Positions 60,692-64,000 of a stretch of 64,000 bases of DNA are shown piece by piece. Source of the DNA: an uncultured Ectothiorhodospiraceae bacterium (GTDB lineage Bacteria > Pseudomonadota > Gammaproteobacteria > CAYFWJ01); NCBI GenBank assembly GCA_964346755.1, contig CAYFWJ010000002.1, positions 5,939 through 69,938 of the forward strand, in the 5' to 3' direction. Each line of letters begins with the position of its first letter. The stretch's first letter is position 1. The notes beneath the pieces were generated by a model, which saw nothing but the letters and a program-made list of their open reading frames with translations, ran no database searches and was not told the DNA's origin. A program made the position numbers and the translations under genes.

Positions 60692-61549
60692 ATGTCCCAT
60701 ACGCAGCCTTGCACCATTCCCGATGTGCAGAGTCTCGAGGATGCCCGTCGAATCCCGATCAACCAGGTAGGGATCAAGGGAATACGCCATCCGATTCGGG
60801 TCAAGGATCGCTCCGATGGGGAGCAGCGGACGATCGCGACGTTCAACATGTACGTCAACCTGCCGCATCACTTCAAGGGAACCCACATGTCCCGCTTCGT
60901 CCAATTGCTCAATGAGCAAGAGCGGGAGATGCACGTGCTGTCGTTCCAGGATCTTCTGGTGACCATGACCCATCGCTTGGAGGCCGAGGCGGGTCACATG
61001 ACGATGTCCTTTCCCTATTTCATCAATAAGCGGGCGCCGGTGACCGGGGTCGAGAGCCTCATGGACTACGAGGTCGAGCTGATCGGGGACTATCGGGCCG
61101 AGCGGCCGGAGATCTCCGTCAAGGTCGTCGTTCCGGTGACCAGCTTGTGTCCTTGTTCGAAGGAGATCTCCGCCTATGGGGCCCATAACCAGCGATCGCA
61201 TGTGACTGTGGGTGTAACCACCCAGGCCTTCGTCTGGTTAGAGGAGTTGGTCGAGCTGGTCGAATCGGAGGCGTCCTGCGAGTTGTTCGGTTTATTGAAG
61301 CGCCCGGACGAGAAGTATGTGACCGAGCGCGCCTACGATAACCCGAAATTCGTCGAAGACATGGTGCGCGATGTCGCCGCGCGCCTGCAACGGGATACCC
61401 GGGTCCTGGCGTATAGCGTCGAGTCGGAGAATTTCGAGTCCATCCACAACCATTCCGCCTACGCGCGGATCGAAGTGGACAAGCGGCGGGCGGTCCCGGC
61501 GTCGATGGGCGAGCGGGTCCTTGTTGACGAAGGGGCGTCGGGCGACTGA
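60692..61549 (+). CDS. folE2: GTP cyclohydrolase FolE2 (GTP cyclohydrolase IB, MptA/FolE2 family)
   Basis: Family motifs ([22 protein letters not shown], the metal-ligand Cys in [14 protein letters not shown]). The start is MSHTQP at 60692; the longer ATG at 60557 has no RBS. Confidence 0.8.
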   Translation: MSHTQPCTIPDVQSLEDARRIPINQVGIKGIRHPIRVKDRSDGEQRTIATFNMYVNLPHHFKGTHMSRFVQLLNEQEREMHVLSFQDLLVTMTHRLEAEAGHMTMSFPYFINKRAPVTGVESLMDYEVELIGDYRAERPEISVKVVVPVTSLCPCSKEISAYGAHNQRSHVTVGVTTQAFVWLEELVELVESEASCELFGLLKRPDEKYVTERAYDNPKFVEDMVRDVAARLQRDTRVLAYSVESENFESIHNHSAYARIEVDKRRAVPASMGERVLVDEGASGD

Positions 61550-61551
61550 TC

Positions 61552-62670
61552 TCAGCGCAACCGCGTGGCGAGATAGTCCAAGAGATCGCGCGCCGCGTCC
61601 TGTGCAACGGGGTCGACGACGGGGATCGCCTTGGTTGGCGCAGGCACGACGGCCAGTCGTGTGCCGGTTTCATCGCCCCGTAAGCGCAGCACAAACCGTC
61701 GGTCGGCATCAAACGCCTGGTGGATGATCGCCGGCGGTACCGCCTTGCCGAGGGGTTGCGACTCGCTGGCCATGGCCACGCGCACCAAGCCATCGTAGGC
61801 GCCGGGATCATGCTCGACGGCGAGCCGCTCGAGTCCGAGGACATCGAGCAGGTGGTTGACTCGTACCCAGGCCCGGGGGAAGCGATCGCTCAGTTCGATG
61901 TAGGTATCGACAGCCCCCTCGGCGTTCTCGGCGCGCACCAGCCGGGCGCGCGGTGTAGCGGCCCGTTGGAGATCCTCGGCGGAGTACCGGGTATCCGAGC
62001 CGGCGCCTAGGGTGATGGCGAGACGCGAGAGGAAGGCCGCCTCGAGGGCGGGGTCGTGGCCGGCATCCACCCATCGATCCGGTCCGGTCTCCCGGGGGTA
62101 TTTGACGAGGCGACGATGGGCCAGATAGATGTGCGTGTTCCCGTCGGCACGTCGAGCGAGTCGGACGCGGAATCGGTCAAGCCGCTCGGCGGTGCTGAGT
62201 TGACTCAACAACCGATGAACAAAATGCGTCTGGTCCTTGGGTAGGCGGACCCGATTCTCGGTCCATGCGGTCTCCATCAGACCGGCAGGTCGGTCTAGAC
62301 TTCGCAACGGCAAGCCGTGCTCGGGCCAAAAGGCCTCAAGCTGCGGCCAGATCGCCTCCGGATCCGCCGGCACGACCAGCCAGTAGACATCCCCGGCTGC
62401 CGCAAGCCGAATCCCCGACGCCCCGGTCGTCACGGCGATGGGGATCCGATCCGCGGAATGCTCACCACCGGGCGGCCCCTCGGGTTCGCGCCCCGGTTTC
62501 GGTGAGCCGCGATCCGCGGCCCCCTCCATCCCGTCCTCGGGGCGATCCGCTCGGGCCGCCGCCTGGTCCGTAGGCGGCGTTGTCGCGATGGGGCTACAAC
62601 CGCTGAGCCAGAGGGCTAAGGCGACTGCCCGGCCGATGTGACGCATCCGTACGGATCGTCCGAGGTTCAT
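61552..62670 (-). CDS. bamC: Outer membrane protein assembly factor BamC (lipoprotein NlpB)
   Basis: Lipoprotein signal with lipobox LSGC and a BamC-like length. It sits directly downstream of dapA, and its ATG overlaps the dapA stop (ATGA) as in E. coli dapA-bamC. The sequence is divergent, so the call rests partly on synteny. Confidence 0.6.
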   Translation of the reverse strand: MNLGRSVRMRHIGRAVALALWLSGCSPIATTPPTDQAAARADRPEDGMEGAADRGSPKPGREPEGPPGGEHSADRIPIAVTTGASGIRLAAAGDVYWLVVPADPEAIWPQLEAFWPEHGLPLRSLDRPAGLMETAWTENRVRLPKDQTHFVHRLLSQLSTAERLDRFRVRLARRADGNTHIYLAHRRLVKYPRETGPDRWVDAGHDPALEAAFLSRLAITLGAGSDTRYSAEDLQRAATPRARLVRAENAEGAVDTYIELSDRFPRAWVRVNHLLDVLGLERLAVEHDPGAYDGLVRVAMASESQPLGKAVPPAIIHQAFDADRRFVLRLRGDETGTRLAVVPAPTKAIPVVDPVAQDAARDLLDYLATRLR

Positions 62671-63545
62671 AGGATGCCGGCGGTTTGCAAGGGATCGCGA
62701 ACGCTCGTCTGATGGGCGGGCTCGAGCGGCGTCAAGGGCAACCGGATACCGGCGGGTATTCGGCCCATGGCATGGAGCGCCCACTTCACCGGGATGGGGT
62801 TGGGCTCGACGAACAGGGCTCGGTGAAGGGGCTGTAGTTGGTCGTCCAGGACTCGGGCCCGATCGACATTGCCCATCAGCAGTGCCTGATTCATCTCGAA
62901 CATGAGTTGGGGCGCGACATTCGCCGTGACGGATATGACACCCCGAGCATAGCCAAGGCGCATGGCCTCGAAGGTGATCGGGTCCTCGCCGCTCAGAAGA
63001 TCCAGTCGATCACTGCAGCACTGGGCAAGCTCGGCGAAGCGCTCGATCGATCCGCTCGCCTCTTTGAGGCCGACGATGTTGGGGATCTCGGCCAAACGTG
63101 AGACGGTCGACGGTAACAGATCGCAGCCGGTTCGGCCGGGGACGTTGTACATGATGAGCGGGAGGGCGACGGCCTCCGCGATCCCATGAAAGTGTCGATA
63201 CAGGCCTTCTTGCGTCGGCTTGTTGTAATAGGGGGTGACTGAGAGGCAGGCATCGGCTCCCGCCTCCAAGGCGCATCGGCTCAACGCGATGGCCTCTCGG
63301 GTTGCGTTGGCGCCGGTCCCGGCAATCACCGCGACGCGTCCCCGGACCGTGCGTACGGTGTGTTCGATCACGGCGCAGTGTTCGTCGTGATCGAGCGTTG
63401 GGGATTCGCCGGTCGTGCCGACGGAGACGATCCCGTTGCTGCCGGATTCGATGTGGAATTCGATGAGCCGAGTGAGCGCGGCGTAGTCGACCGCGCCATC
63501 CGGCTCCATTGGCGTCACTAGGGCCACAATGCTGCCGTGGAACAT
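62667..63545 (-). CDS. dapA: 4-hydroxy-tetrahydrodipicolinate synthase
   Basis: DHDPS motifs: GTTGESxTL, the active-site Lys in the NVxGLKEASG context, and YNxP. Confidence 0.95.
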   Translation of the reverse strand: MFHGSIVALVTPMEPDGAVDYAALTRLIEFHIESGSNGIVSVGTTGESPTLDHDEHCAVIEHTVRTVRGRVAVIAGTGANATREAIALSRCALEAGADACLSVTPYYNKPTQEGLYRHFHGIAEAVALPLIMYNVPGRTGCDLLPSTVSRLAEIPNIVGLKEASGSIERFAELAQCCSDRLDLLSGEDPITFEAMRLGYARGVISVTANVAPQLMFEMNQALLMGNVDRARVLDDQLQPLHRALFVEPNPIPVKWALHAMGRIPAGIRLPLTPLEPAHQTSVRDPLQTAGIL

Positions 63546-63788
63546 GGGAATGGGCCCCCGCTAGGCTGACTGAACAAAGGTCCATGCTAAACAGGCGCGC
63601 GAAACCTGGCAAGCGAGGTCCGCCGCGTTGCGCAGTCGATTCGGCGGTGTACACTGAGCGACTCGGGCGTCGATCGGCGCCTGGCACGGGATGGCGCCGA
63701 CTCGGAGGAGATCGGGATCGGTGATTCCCTCGAAACACGAAACACATTGGGTCGTCGGGTCAAGGCACGATTCGGTCAGCCCCCGATC

Positions 63789-64000
63789 ATGGGTCCTATC
63801 ATGCCGCAACAGCTCGTCGTCTCTGCCCTTGGCCACGACCGGCCCGGACTGGTGGCTTGGCTCAGCGCGCGTATTCAGGAGGCGGGTGGCAACATCCTCG
63901 ATAGCCGCATGACGATCCTCGGGGGCGAGTTCGCGGTGCTTTTGCTCGTGGACGGTGATGAGGCATCGCTTCGGGTGTTGAACGAGGCGCTTCCGGCGGC
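63789..64000 (+). CDS. gcvR: Glycine cleavage system transcriptional regulator GcvR (ACT-domain protein), 5-prime partial
   Basis: The reading frame from ATG 63789 gives MGPIMPQQLVVSALGHDRPGLVAWLSARIQEAGGNILDSRMTILGGEFAVLLLVDG..., which matches the E. coli GcvR N-terminus (FLVITALGADRPGIVN...IEDSRLAMLGEEF). It is divergent from dapA as in E. coli and is truncated by the window end. Confidence 0.75.
   Translation, partial: MGPIMPQQLVVSALGHDRPGLVAWLSARIQEAGGNILDSRMTILGGEFAVLLLVDGDEASLRVLNEALPA

Noticed and set aside
61119-61844. 241-aa minus-strand ORF and other Arg/Pro-rich ORFs across folE2 and bamC (e.g. 63010-63747)
   Set aside because: Low-complexity Arg/Pro/Ser-rich translations overlapping genes that have real homology on the other strand or frame. 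This is characteristic of antisense frames in GC-rich DNA.

Overview
This is a high-GC (about 65%) gammaproteobacterial chromosomal segment that is almost fully coding and consists mostly of conserved housekeeping genes. Gene order matches E. coli or Pseudomonas in several blocks: tig-clpP-clpX-lon-hupB-(tRNA-Val, tRNA-Asp)-ppiD; rpsP-rimM-trmD-rplS; ffh with divergent ypjD-yfjD(corC)-radA; xseB-ispA; minCDE-ycgN; petABC-sspAB; dapA-bamC with divergent gcvR; and guaBA. A HiPIP gene, a cbbY-like gene and a cytochrome bc1 operon suggest a chemolithoautotrophic or phototrophic sulfur-oxidiser lineage, possibly Ectothiorhodospiraceae-like. I found no prophage, IS element or CRISPR array. Three non-core insertions stand out. 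(1) A 1149-aa TPR / degenerate-kinase / WD40 protein sits between ispA and folE2, where dxs would normally follow ispA. (2) A translationally coupled operon encodes a molybdopterin oxidoreductase, a hypothetical ATP-grasp-like protein and a Sir2 sirtuin; it lies next to an Fe-S Rrf2 regulator and opposite an isolated HiPIP gene. (3) An orphan 549-aa protein with PilZ-like motifs lies between guaA and sspB. Smaller oddities are a GNAT-nitrilase fusion, a NifX-like His-tailed protein coupled to ilvA, long structured intergenic regions around HiPIP and upstream of petA, and a sigma32-like promoter before lon.
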